Positions 1 through 12,600 of a DNA stretch of 64,000 nt are shown here, one piece after another (the first letter of the stretch is position 1; the number at the start of each line of letters is the position of its first letter). The DNA is from Phoronis australis (Eukaryota > Animalia > Phoronida): NCBI GenBank assembly GCA_002633005.1, contig NMRA01000279.1:402422-466421 (forward strand), given 5' to 3'. Position numbers and translations under genes: made by a program. The notes beneath the pieces are model-generated. The model saw only the letters and a program-made list of their open reading frames with translations, was not told where the DNA came from and searched no databases.

Positions 1-106
1 CATATGCTGAATTTAAAGACCGTACCTGCACCCAATTTGGAGTTATTAAGCCTCAAAGTTGGTCGGAAGAAGAATAAGAAGAATAAGAATAAGAATAAGA
101 AGAATA

Positions 107-480
107 AGAATAAAATTGAAGAAAACCCAGGAACAACAGTACTCTGCGCTTACACGCGCAGAGTAATAAGAATAAAATTGAAGAAAACCCAGGAACAACA
201 GTACTCTGCGCTTACACGTGCAGAGTAATAAGAATAAAATTGAAGAAAACCCAGGAACAACAGGACTCTGCGCTTACACGCGCAGAGTAATAAGAATAAA
301 ATTGAAGAAAACCCAGGAACAACAGTACTCTGCGCTTACACGCGCAGAGTAATAAGAAGAATAAGAATAAAATTGAAGAAAACCCAGGAACAACAATACT
401 CTGCGCATACACGCGCAGAGTAATAAAATTGAAGAAAACCCAGGAACAACAGGACTCTGCGCTTACATGCGCAGAGTAAT
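107..480. repeat. Tandem repeat, 6 copies of a ~62-bp unit with an internal hairpin
   Basis: TAAAATTGAAGAAAACCCAGG recurs at 111, 173, 235, 297, 368 and 424. Each unit has an ACTCTGCG...CGCAGAGT inverted repeat. An (AAG/AAT)n run precedes the array. Confidence 0.95.
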
Positions 481-1086
481 TAGCAAAACGTATCTACCTG
501 GCCCATTGGGAACTGAGGATTCTTGTTATGGATGGATGATGTTCTTGATCCACGGCTGCTGCGACCGTCAACATGGATCACCGTGGTGTAATCCTCCACT
601 GCGTAATACCCACCCGGGACAAAACTTTGCATCGTGGAAGGTTGGTACACTGGAGAAGAGGTCAATTCCTTTAAGAATTTCTTTATAAAGAAGTTTTCAT
701 TATGGAAATAAAAACAGACCACAAACCCGTTTCTCATATACTACGTGGTACTACTGGTCAAATGAACCATGTTTTGACTATTTTTCATATTAACAAGACT
801 TCTGCTGTCATGAATACGGAATGACATTTAACAGGAGCAACAGTTACATTCAAGTAATGTACTGAGATAGCACAACAAGAGCAAGATTAACAAGAAAAGC
901 AGCGTTGATGTTCCACCTTTTGGTTGCGCCACAAACAGAAAAGGTGGATGGCAAAAAATACATTTTCGTTAAGAGGCGCAACTAGGGGGATGGCTGAAAA
1001 TATTGGCATAACTAAACTATCTTGGATACAAACCAACAAAATTTCATTGAAAGGTGATTCTCATCTCCTCACTGCGTGTTTTTAAT

Positions 1087-1379
1087 TTAAGCGATACTGG
1101 GGATCAAGGGGTCGGGATGAGGAATGCCGGCTACAGGTGGCACCTCGACAATGGAGCGGCACCGACGAGTGGATGTCACAATGACCACCATTTGTGACTG
1201 GAGTGGTGGTGCGACATTGGTGGTAACTGGTGGAGGAGAGGCGCAAGGAGACTCGGCATTGACGTGGCAGAAACGAAAGGGGACGTTTAAAAATGAACGC
1301 GTTGGCTGGATAATGCGAAAGTAATGGTGACCGGCAGCACAACATCGGTGATGACAAGGGGGCACCACTATCCAGGTAG
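1087..1379 (-). CDS. Probable last coding exon (frame uncertain; stop at 1087 or 1082)
   Basis: Acceptor tattgtag; GC-richer block; two long open frames. Confidence 0.55.
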
Positions 1380-4300
1380 CTACAATATTAGCTACACCAC
1401 TCTATCACATCCATGCCTTCAAGGGGTTTTAAAGATAGAAAAACGAATGCTGAAGAGTACACGAATGGTGAAGCTATATCAAGGAATCAGCTACATAGAG
1501 ACACACACAAAAAGCAAGGGGGGGGGGCATCAATAGTCAGATGTCCTCGATTCTTGTGCAAGCTAACCTCTCCTTAAACGAAACACGTTTTACAATGCTT
1601 TTTTAAAGCTTTTTTAACAGGTTTGTATGGCAAAAAGGCAGATACCAGATGAGCAGTCAGACAGAAATTCACCCACATATGCAACTGCTGAACATCTAAA
1701 ACCTATAAAGTGCATATCGATAAGTAAACGTTGCAAAGCTGCACAAAACTAACATCTACCTCCGGTTCTGTGCATGCTTATGTCGCTAGCACGATCGCTC
1801 TGACCACCTTTGGGTCTTTTGCCATGTGCAGATTGAGGTTTAAGGTACGCTTCCCTGAAGCTGGCGTTCTGGTGGGCTAGCCTGTGTCCAAAACGAAAAA
1901 CGTTAACATATTGCATGCAGACAAAGTACATAATTTACATCTTATATGGAACTATGCAAAGCCATGTATTAAATACTTCACCAGCCTGAACATCGTCATA
2001 ACTAACAGTTACAAGATTTAGTCATAACAAATTCTTTCCACATCAATGCTGTGCCTCTGTTTGAAAAGATCAGGCAAAGTCGCGATGAATCAATGCAGTG
2101 GCGGACTTAGAGGGGGGCCAAGGGAGACATATCCCCCCACTCCCAGATTCCATTTGTCAGCGAATGTCTGACGGACAAAATCCTGGCTAATACTCTGTCC
2201 TGGCCCACCTCCTAACTCAAAATCCTGGATCCACCCCTGCAATGAATGAGAGTGTCTACCCAGATTTCAGAAGGCCCAGTTTAGTTGGAGCCTTGGATAC
2301 ATTAGTTGACGTGTGGTGGTTGTGCTGACTTTGATGAGTTAACATATTGTTCATACATGTAGTAAAAACGTCGGCCTTGCCAGTTATAATATTACAATTA
2401 TCTCCAACTACTTACTTTACCCGTCATATAGTATAACTAACAACTGTTTTAAATTGTTCAATATTCCTGACAAACAACGATCAAAATCTGGTTTTACACT
2501 AATTTATTTTATTTATTATCTTTTCAATCTAATTGTGTATAGCTGTCTGTATTTTACTTCATGTAATTATTTCCGACTGGGCCCACTTGAAAATCAATGT
2601 ATTCACTGAAGTGGTCACCCCGTCTTTTAACGAATTATAAATAAATAAATTTACATACCACGCATTCCACTTAAATCAGCGACATACACCTATTAAATGT
2701 CATTGTCGTAGTTATACACTTAGATGCTATTCACTTAGCTCAAAAAAGTATTGGTGTTCAATGAATTTTAGTCTCTGATTTTCAGTTCACGAATTTGTCT
2801 TTGTCGCAGTGCCCTATATGCAAACCACTGACATTGTTTATCTGATCCCAAACTACATAATTTTAAAAATAGCTTACTTGTTTTTCCTTTCCCTTTCCCG
2901 TCGGCGTCGGTACCAAAAGCAGATCGACAAACTTACGACGATGACAATGAAAACGAGACCTCCTATGACTGAACCTGTGATAATGGCTACTTCCTCCTGA
3001 GTTGGTCGGCGTTCAACATATTGGCAGATGGCGCCCGTGACACCAGCTGGACAGCTGCAAAACATTTTGTATATGTTGCAAGGATACACGTTGCAAAACT
3101 ACATAATGACACCAGGCCATTAAAGCTGAATTTCACATTGTTTAACTGGCAAAAAACGAAAGTCACGAATGGGGCAATTCACAACTCGTAAAATCAAGTC
3201 GGTCCTAAACTATTCTTTACCTTGACAGGATACTATTTCTGATACCAACAAGAACATGACGACTCAAAAAAAAGCTTCAGACTTAATTGGGGTTGACCAA
3301 CCGCAAAATTGTAAAATTGCAGAATGGAAAATGACGCATATATCGCCTGTGAGTTGGTAATGGAAAATGAAATCTTATCCCGTGAGGCACATTATGAAAC
3401 CGATTTTAAGACAGACCCAATTAAATTTTTGCTTTTTGGCCATGCAGCTAGAGTCGGCAAAATGCAGCTTTAACTGTTAATACTGTTTACAGCTCGATAC
3501 AATTCACAGAAGCAGGTTGGAAATTTTCAGACCAAGATCGCACCCAAACATATTCTTACGTATGAATTTTTGGTCCTTATACACAGGTGTTAATAGCGAA
3601 ACCCTAGAGGGGATGACGGACAATTTGCGATCAAAATGTCTCACCAATGTTGTGTCATATAATTTTGAAATCAACATCATGTTCCAAAACATATCTTAAC
3701 AAACCAGAGCTTCCTCAAATATTTTGGAACAAAAGACATCCGCATTTAAACAATCGTTTTCGTGAAGCCTACCTGCAGTTAACGCTGCCACCTACATCCG
3801 TGCATTTTCCTTTATTTCTGCAGTATTCGCCCAGGCTTGCACAACTTACTGAAACGAAATGAAACAAGACAATAAAGGCGATCAGCCACTGGCCACTCAA
3901 ATTTTGTGAAAAGAAACATTGGCAATCGACAGTCAAGAACCTTTTTGTGTTTTCCTCTATCATTAAAAATCAAAATAATGAGCAGATAAACAGCAACTAA
4001 ACAATGGCTCCCATGGCAAGATAAGCTGGGAATCATGTACTCTTTTTTCCCAGTATTAATAGTGGAGTGAGGTGTTCTGGCGACGTTGGTTTTGTTACTT
4101 TGTCTGAATCCTAGCTCCATTAAAAGATATGAATCTATGCAAGGAATGGAATTGTGACTTCAAATGTTTATCAAAAGGTCGACGATCGTCACACCCACTA
4201 TGTGCACTCACCTGCAGTTGGTTGTGCCGATACTTTTAGTGAACCAACTGTGACCTGGCCATTTTCCGCCACCGCACGAGTAATGTTACGTCGCAACGCT

Positions 4301-7300
4301 TGCTCTTCGTTAGTAGGCAGCACAGCGGTGTTCAAAACAACTTGATGATCCACAACAACGCTTCCACTCCTGCAAGACCCCACACACCCGTTTTACCTTT
4401 CATAGTGTCTCGCAGTTGAACAGGAGGGACTTTCAGACATGGAGTCTGACCGACTATATATAAAACACAACAGCAAACACGCAAAACATGTACAACTAAC
4501 AGGTAAAAATTCTCCAATCTGGGACAGTCTCTAAAACTTGGCACACCGACATTCCAGCAGGAAGTGATTTTTTATTCTGAAAATTGGGACATGATCGATT
4601 TTGGCGTTCATCATATTTCTCAGATTTAGATTTAGATTTAGGACACAGCATTTGGTATCTATAGAGCATTGTTATGGTTCGTGCTCTTTCTGTCTCCTGT
4701 GAGCGGGACACATTGAACTCATTACATGAATTCCTTTTACAGTCAGGATCTTTACCTGAGGTTTGTGACGATCACTTCTTTCAAGTTCTTAATGGTTCTC
4801 TGGTACAACAAAGTCAACTGGAACAAACAAAGAATTCTGTTAAAAGTCGAAGCACAACTGCTGTTTCTTCTTACGGCATTAAGTGAATGACCGCTAAACT
4901 AGCTGCAGCAGAAGGTCAGACACCAAACAAGACTCAGACACGAAGTTTTCTAGTACAATAATTTCAAAAAGCTGGTCTGCCTCAAAGGAAACCCCTTTTG
5001 CACCATTAAACTGTTAAAAAATTTGCGGCATGCAAAAACTTAAAGAAAATTGAGTACAGCATGCTACATAATAACATCAGAGACTTATAGTAAAGAAAGT
5101 ACAACCTTAACATGTTTAACATGACCTGATTGACCAAATTAAATAGTTACTTACACCTCTCTCAATATCCTTCACAAGTTGCTTTGTTTCCAAGTTTGAC
5201 CAATCTTTGTATATGTCCCTGAATGTCAGACCGAGCTTTACAGAAGCATTCACACGAGCTGTTTTTGCTGCAACAGATGAAAGCCACTCAAAATACAACT
5301 GCAGTGTTGGACGAAAAACTCCAAATGAGGGTGACTATCCAAAAATTAGGAGAAACGCAATCCCTGAAATTGTTACCCTCATTCATTCTTCTTCAACAAA
5401 AACCAAACAAAATGCACACCTAAAAACAAACACTGGTTGGAGGTTGTGATTCTCTTTTACAAAAAAATCATTGAAATCTTAGATAAGGTTGCTATAACTA
5501 TGCAAAGCTCAATCGAATCTCATAATGTTAACTTTATCGCACCTTCAGTTGTCGTGATTAGAGCTTTGGGAGTTGAAAGTTGCTGACTGACTGAAGGTTG
5601 TTCAGCTGTAACAGTGGGGTAAGTTGTTGCCTGTTGTTCAGATGTAATGGTCTCTTGAGTCGTTGCCGGTTGCTCAGTTGTGACATGCTGTTGAAGCGTT
5701 GTAGACTCTTCTGATGTAGTAGTCTGTTGAGTTGTTGATACCTGCTCTGGTGTACAGTTTATACCGTCTCCAAGGAAACCAGTGTTGCATTCGCAGGAAA
5801 AGCCGCTACCAGTATTTCTACAAGTGGCATTCCGATGACATTTGCCAGAGCCAGGAGAGCATTCTTTGATATCAATGCACGTTGTTCCGTCACCTGAATA
5901 GCCAACTTTACAGCTACACGAGTAAAGTATGGGTAAATCTGTGCAGATGGCATTGGAACTGCAGTTGGCTGTTTTAAAGGCACACTCCTGTAAGGAATTG
6001 AAGAAGCAATTACTCAAATTAACTCATGACAATTTTGTTACCTGGTGAAACAAAATTTCTTCAAGTAAGTTGCACTGTCAAAAGAATTTAAGTTCTTTGT
6101 TTCTTTGTTCACACGCTACAGATCGCAATTCTTAACGCATTACCATCATGGAAACTACACACAGTATGTGTCACGTGAATTCCTCAAATCCCATTGTTGT
6201 TTTTGGTTAAAATTGGACTCAAGATGGCACTGTATCAGCCATTCTTCTCTTTTTGGTTTGCGGAGACATAGCTCCACTGTTTCTGGTGGGATTTTCCATG
6301 ATTTTTTCTGTGGAAAGATCATTCCAAGAACTATCACTGCTGTGCCATTTGTTTTTATCTAAGTCTTATGTTTCTTGATTTATTTGATTAACGAGGACTG
6401 GTCTCCAAATAATCGAATGTTTTTGCTGTAACTTTGGCTTCCCTTGCTGGATCTGCTTGAATTTGGTATGTGGATGGATTTTTTTCAAGCGCTATCATCA
6501 TTGTAAAGCTGTTTTTTGATACGACTTATAATGTTCTTGCGTTAAATGAGATTTAATGCATAGATGTCTGTTATTTTACTACCTAGTTATTTATAGCTGC
6601 ACTTCGTTAGTCTATCAAATAAGTGCTAGAGATCGCCTTTTTCCACAGATCGACAGGAAATTTACATACATAATGTAACACTGAGTGTTTAGTTAGTCAA
6701 TAACCCAACTGGACTTTTGTTCTTGGGCAAAATCAGACGCAAGATGGCACTGCGACTGCTATTTTATGAATTATGTTTGTTGAGCTCTAGCTCCGTGATC
6801 CTTATTTGACCGAACCTTTGCAAATTTAGTATGTAAACTTCGTTAAAAACACAACTGGACTTTTTGTTTGCATGCTTAATACTGGTACGCTCATAATTTC
6901 AGAACAGTCTCCTTTCTTCAGGTGTGTAAGTATGAAGTAAAACACCCAGAGACATAACAAACAAACTAATTAAAACACTAGCTATATTTCGTGACTGCGT
7001 GTCACATTTTGCCCCTCTTCCTGTCATGTGTATTTTACTGTTTATTTTGCTTTGTATATGTTCATTCCACTCATTGCCTGATGGTGTGAACGAAGGGCTG
7101 CTACCGAAATATAAAAAATTTACTACGTAAATAGATCTCCTCGCAGTCTATCTAATAAGTTGGTGTTTTAAGTGTCGGAATCACGGTTGTTGATGTCCTT
7201 CGATTTCACCAAGTGTTGCTCCTCAGACTGCTTTCATTTACTGAGATAGATGAACTGTAGGCTTACCCTAACACAACGTTAAATCAAACATCCCAAGATA

Positions 7301-9555
7301 CTAAATTGCCAGACCATCTTTGGTGGAATAGTGTGTAAATAAAATTTAAAAACGAAATTTCAATGAAAACAAACTCCATATTTTGTAATGCTTTTTGCTT
7401 TTATAAAAAACTTGGAAAGACTTCAAAAACTAACAAAGGCTTGAGTAAGAGATAGTTCACTTACATCAATCCCAAAACAATCATTGACACCGTCACCAGA
7501 AAGCCCAGCATTGCATTGGCACTTGAAACTTCCTTCAGTGTTCACACACGTAGCATTTGCATGACACAGCGAGCTGGTTTTACATTCGTCGACGTCAGAG
7601 CAGTTAAAACCGTTTCCTTGATATCCTTGATTGCACGTGCAGTCGAAACTACCTGGGGTGTTGGTACACTCAGCGTTCATGTCGCACGTGTCGTCACCCG
7701 TTGCGCATTCGTTCCTGTCTGTTAAATATCAAAACGCTTGATTATCAAACAAGGTTCCGTAGATATGTTACATTTCGCAGTTTTCATTACTGAGAAATGA
7801 CTTCCAAAACAAAACCCTGTATGGCACAAATGTAGGTAGAATCATAGATTATGCAATTTGGGGAAGAAATGTTTGAAATCCAAATGTGATTCATCAGCAA
7901 ATGATCTTGTAGTTCTTTGAGTACTAGACAGCATTGTGAAGAGACGTTTCATGGAGTTCAAAATCTTAACACAGGATTGTCTTGCGGACAGGTTTTCATA
8001 CAGTGTACGGGTGTAGAGACTGTCCTCAACTATCATCATTCGGAGAGCATATGAAAATAATATACAATTTATGAATCGGGTTACGGCTATTTAATAAAAT
8101 ACAGAAAAATAAAAAAGAACATGCATTTATTACTTTTCACTTGAATTTGCAAAAATTAAACTGAGATTGTTATTACAATAACAGTTATTTCATTTTTACT
8201 ACTTCACTTAAGTTTTGAAAAGCACTCGTTACAAGATGATAAAATTGTCCTAAGCCACCATGGAGTGTATGTCTTTTTAAGGCTTAATAATCTTATTTTG
8301 TAAGACATTTTTACTTACCGTTAACCATTTTTTAAACATATCTCGCCAACTTAAACTCCATCCTATACAAAAATCATTCACAATGATCTCAGTTATTTTA
8401 ATCAATAGATCTGTTCTTGGTATTCAAACCACACCACGCAGATAAAATCAAAATTTTAAGCCAAAATGGTATAAATCTAGACACAGAAAAAATCCGCAAG
8501 TTTCAGGCACAAAAAGGGAATCAGTGGAAATTGCCTTAATAAAATGGAAATGCTGATATATTAATAATGAAAATGCTTCGCGATTCAGAACACCACCAGT
8601 AAAAGATACGTCTGACAGACTTTTGTAAGCAATTAGTACACCACCACCAGATGGCAAGACTTACCTACGCATTTGCCACTTGCTCTGACAAATCCGGACT
8701 CACACAAACACGAGTAGGAGCCATTTGTGTTTACGCAGTACTCGTCCGGTGCACAGACACTGGGCAACTTCTTACACTCGTCTACGTCATCAGAGCATCC
8801 CACTCCTGTCCACCCGGCGCGGCAGTTGGTGCAACCAACAGTAGCGTTACAGGTGAGAGCCCTCGTACCGCAATCACAGGTATTGCTACAGTTCCAACCC
8901 CAGTGTAAAGCATCGCAAGCTGCACATAGATGCGTACGGTAGATATAATTGATAGATTACCTTTTTATAAAATATCTCTTGGGTTTGTAATATAAACGAA
9001 TGTACATAATGCAAAAGGGGCGTGCATATGTGTTCAGTATTTTTTCAAAACTCTCAACTGACGAGGAAAATTGTTTTCTCCTGGGGGTTAATAAAGTTGT
9101 CAAATTTAAAGATTATTAATGTAAAACTGCTGCTGCTGATTACACAAAAATGATAAATATTAATGCAAAGAAGTTTTATCTCAGGTCAGGATTTTGTTTA
9201 GATTATATATGCATAATTGTAGTCTTCAACTGATTGAATTAGCTGTATGCATGTTGGCAGGGTTCTTTTGTGTTTAATGACTCCACATCGTCTCATGAAA
9301 TCGTGTATGTTATCCAAACCAAATTCTACATCACACAGTTGCTCAAGTATAAAACAGTTATTTACAGATTTTAAAAACAATTAATATTGTACTTAAAAAC
9401 ACACGAACCACATACATTCACATAGCCTTTATTAGGCATTAAAATACAAAAATGTAAGGTCGCAAATATCCGACCTATTTTGGTGTCAAGTTGTGGAATC
9501 AACTTCTTATTAATATAAACAACATTTATGTTTCCACGTTGAGAAAGTTAATAAG

Positions 9556-9605
<50 letters not shown>

Positions 9606-12600
9606 ATATTATTGTGTTTTGTCTCACTTAACTGCACATAATTCTTTATTACCAATTACCATCGTATGCTTCTTTCTCAATTTCTATTGGTGACCAGCAC
9701 AAGTGCTAATTTGTTATCATTCTATTTTGTTTGAACCGAGTCAATTTGAAATAAACTTCTATTTTGAACTTTATGGAAATCTGCAATTCTCGAGTTTCTT
9801 TGTGATTGAACTGCAGAATCAGTAAAAATAAATTAACCGTTAACATATCTCAAACATACTCACGAGTGCATGTGCGCTCATCAGAGGCCAAAGAGTATCC
9901 GTCATCACAGCCACACTTGTGTCCACCCTCTGTATTTACACAGTGGTGAGGTTGTTGACAGTGGGACACACCATTCTTACACTCGTTGATATCTAGTATG
10001 GAATTGTAGCAAAAAGTTCCAAATCAGTATTTAAACGGAGCTTAACAAGCTCAAATAAGCTTTTCCCAATGTCTTGAATATCACAGAATACAGTGCATGT
10101 GACACGTAATTAGACTGGGACCCCGATTCAACTTAATTCTGGCGCAAGCCCAAGATGGCCATCAGAAGGGCCAGCGACTCCCCATGGTAACGTTCAATTT
10201 GTCTTTCAATACTACCACTCACAAAGCATTTTAATTTATCTGGATTTTGTATCAGCGAAACCCTATAGATGAAATGAAAAAAACGAGAGAAACTCATTAT
10301 TAAATAAATTTTTGAACATATACGAGGACAAACATAATACTAACCAGTGCAGTTCTCCGAGTCCGACAGGTTGTAACCTACAGGACATCCGCAGGAGGAT
10401 TCTCCGGAAGTTGCATTCTCTTTACAAAAGTGGGAGCAGATGAGACCTTTGTCTTTGCACGCATTGGTACCTGGGAAAACGTATTGCTTGATCAAATCTA
10501 CTTTTTAACAATAAAATCACGCTTAAACATTTCTCATGTGCTTTGTTAGTTTTGGCAAGGGAAACTCAGAGTAGAAGAGAATTTCGTAGACACAAATGTC
10601 TACTGTAATCACACGCTTAGTTTGGAATAGATGGCACCCTCTAGCAAAGTTTTGAGTTTAAACGATATTGTAGCCTCTACAGAAAACACGCCTATAGAGA
10701 CTATTCCACATGCCATTCACAGGAGGTAGCAATGCAGACGTGCCACAATGGGTGAGGCCAACAATAACTCGACCGCCTTCAGATCGCTACATATTCGCTA
10801 CCTTCACTGTCATACTTCCCATAATCAGAAACTCCCGAGACCACTTACTGACACTAATTTACAGGACGAGTGCTGCTGCCCCTCCAAGCCAATCGTTGGG
10901 CTGGGAAGTCCGATCTTTCCCGTTCTTGCTAGGCCTACATAATAACTACTCAATAATAAGAACTTGACAAATACCCCACAAGGCCCATCACTAGACTTTG
11001 CATATTTTCACACCAGGCATACATGTATATCAAAACAAAAAAAGGAACTAGGAGCAATCAAAATTACAAAATTGAAATACGGCTTGTCCACGATCAGGGT
11101 ATAATCGCAATTACAGTCAGGTTATGGGGTGTTCCCATGTATTTATGTCCACATATGTCATTAAACCTTGTTCCTAAATGATGAGTTTATTGTACTATTG
11201 TATGATTATGTTGGTCTCTGCAATTTTAGAGTGCTTCAAGTTACCAGAATCATTGCACTTTTAACAGTTATATGTGCTCATTTTAGGAAGATAGCAATGG
11301 GAAAACCTTTTAAAATGCTTAATTCTTGCAAATAATGATCAATATCTTTTATTGTGCAAAACCGAATCATAATCTGATGCCTGGAACCAAAGATATTGCA
11401 CGCTGAATCAACACTACTTGTCCTTATATATTTTACAATTCATCTGTTTTTACTTCATACCACAATAAAATATGATATGGAATCCTAGGAGCTCTTAAAG
11501 TTTGCTTTCTGATAGTGACCATGACATATAAAGATGGAATAACTGAAATACACCCTGAGCGTTGACTCTAAAATGTGTATTTTTAACACACGAAATATCG
11601 ACTTAAATGTCCCTTCCAAACATGTAGCATTAGCAGATATCTCTAAACATGTTAACTACCAGTTCCTGTTACTCAGTGTTTTATCTTACGGAATATTCTT
11701 TTGGACCCACTTTAGTCACTCCGTCAATTAATGATAATTGTATGTCTGGAGTTGACACTAAGTACTATCCATGTTTGTAGCGTCCGTAGACATTTTGCAA
11801 CGTCCGTAGATCATGTCTCTCCGGTTTGCTATGTCCTGTGTAATGAAGTTGTTCAATTTCTAGCTTAAATACCTAACAAAATACATGCAATAATACTTCA
11901 AAGTAAGTTTAGTGTATTTCTCACGTTGTATAGCTCTAAGATTTTCAATAATGTTTGCTGAAATTAGTGAGACTTCATAAAATTATAGATGTTAAATTTT
12001 TTGTGGAATAGGGTCTTGAAATCAATAGTGTGCAATACTTTTAAATAGTATGTGACTGTTCAGTTGTATGTCAAACTTGTTCATATGAAGGGACATTCAT
12101 ATTGACAATCTGATCACACAGACAAAGATTCTATGATGTACTGACGCTACACAAATGCATTCAAATATTTGTTCACTGCTTTGTCCATGACCAAACCTAT
12201 TACCTTGCTATATAATTCAGTTTTCATAATTGTTCAGGTTTGTACCCTAGCATAATGGTAACTTATTAAAATATGTCTATTTCTTGTAGTAAACATTTTA
12301 ACATTGAATTATTGTCTTACACTATTTTATTTATTTATTTACTATAGTGACATAAAGGGTGCCACTAAATAAATGACCTGAAATACAGAATATTCACCAA
12401 ACCCACCAGCCTTAATGGGCTTACTCAGTAACCTAGGAACAATTAAACTATAACACAACATAATGCACGCACTCAAATCTGACAACTTCAGACTAGTTTA
12501 CAAATGAATAATTACTTCGTCTTGAATGCATTTCGCTAGACCTTGCACGTTATTTTGGAATATTTGATGTAGAGCAGAATCCAGTATAAAAAATGGTCGA

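Noticed and set aside
107-480. Repeat array with palindromic units, superficially CRISPR-like
   Set aside because: Units are near-identical end to end with no unique spacers, there are no cas genes, and the context is eukaryotic.
8651-8942. Plus-strand ORFs here and at 7516, 19141, 22264, 23633 and 35264
   Set aside because: Antisense shadows of real minus-strand exons.
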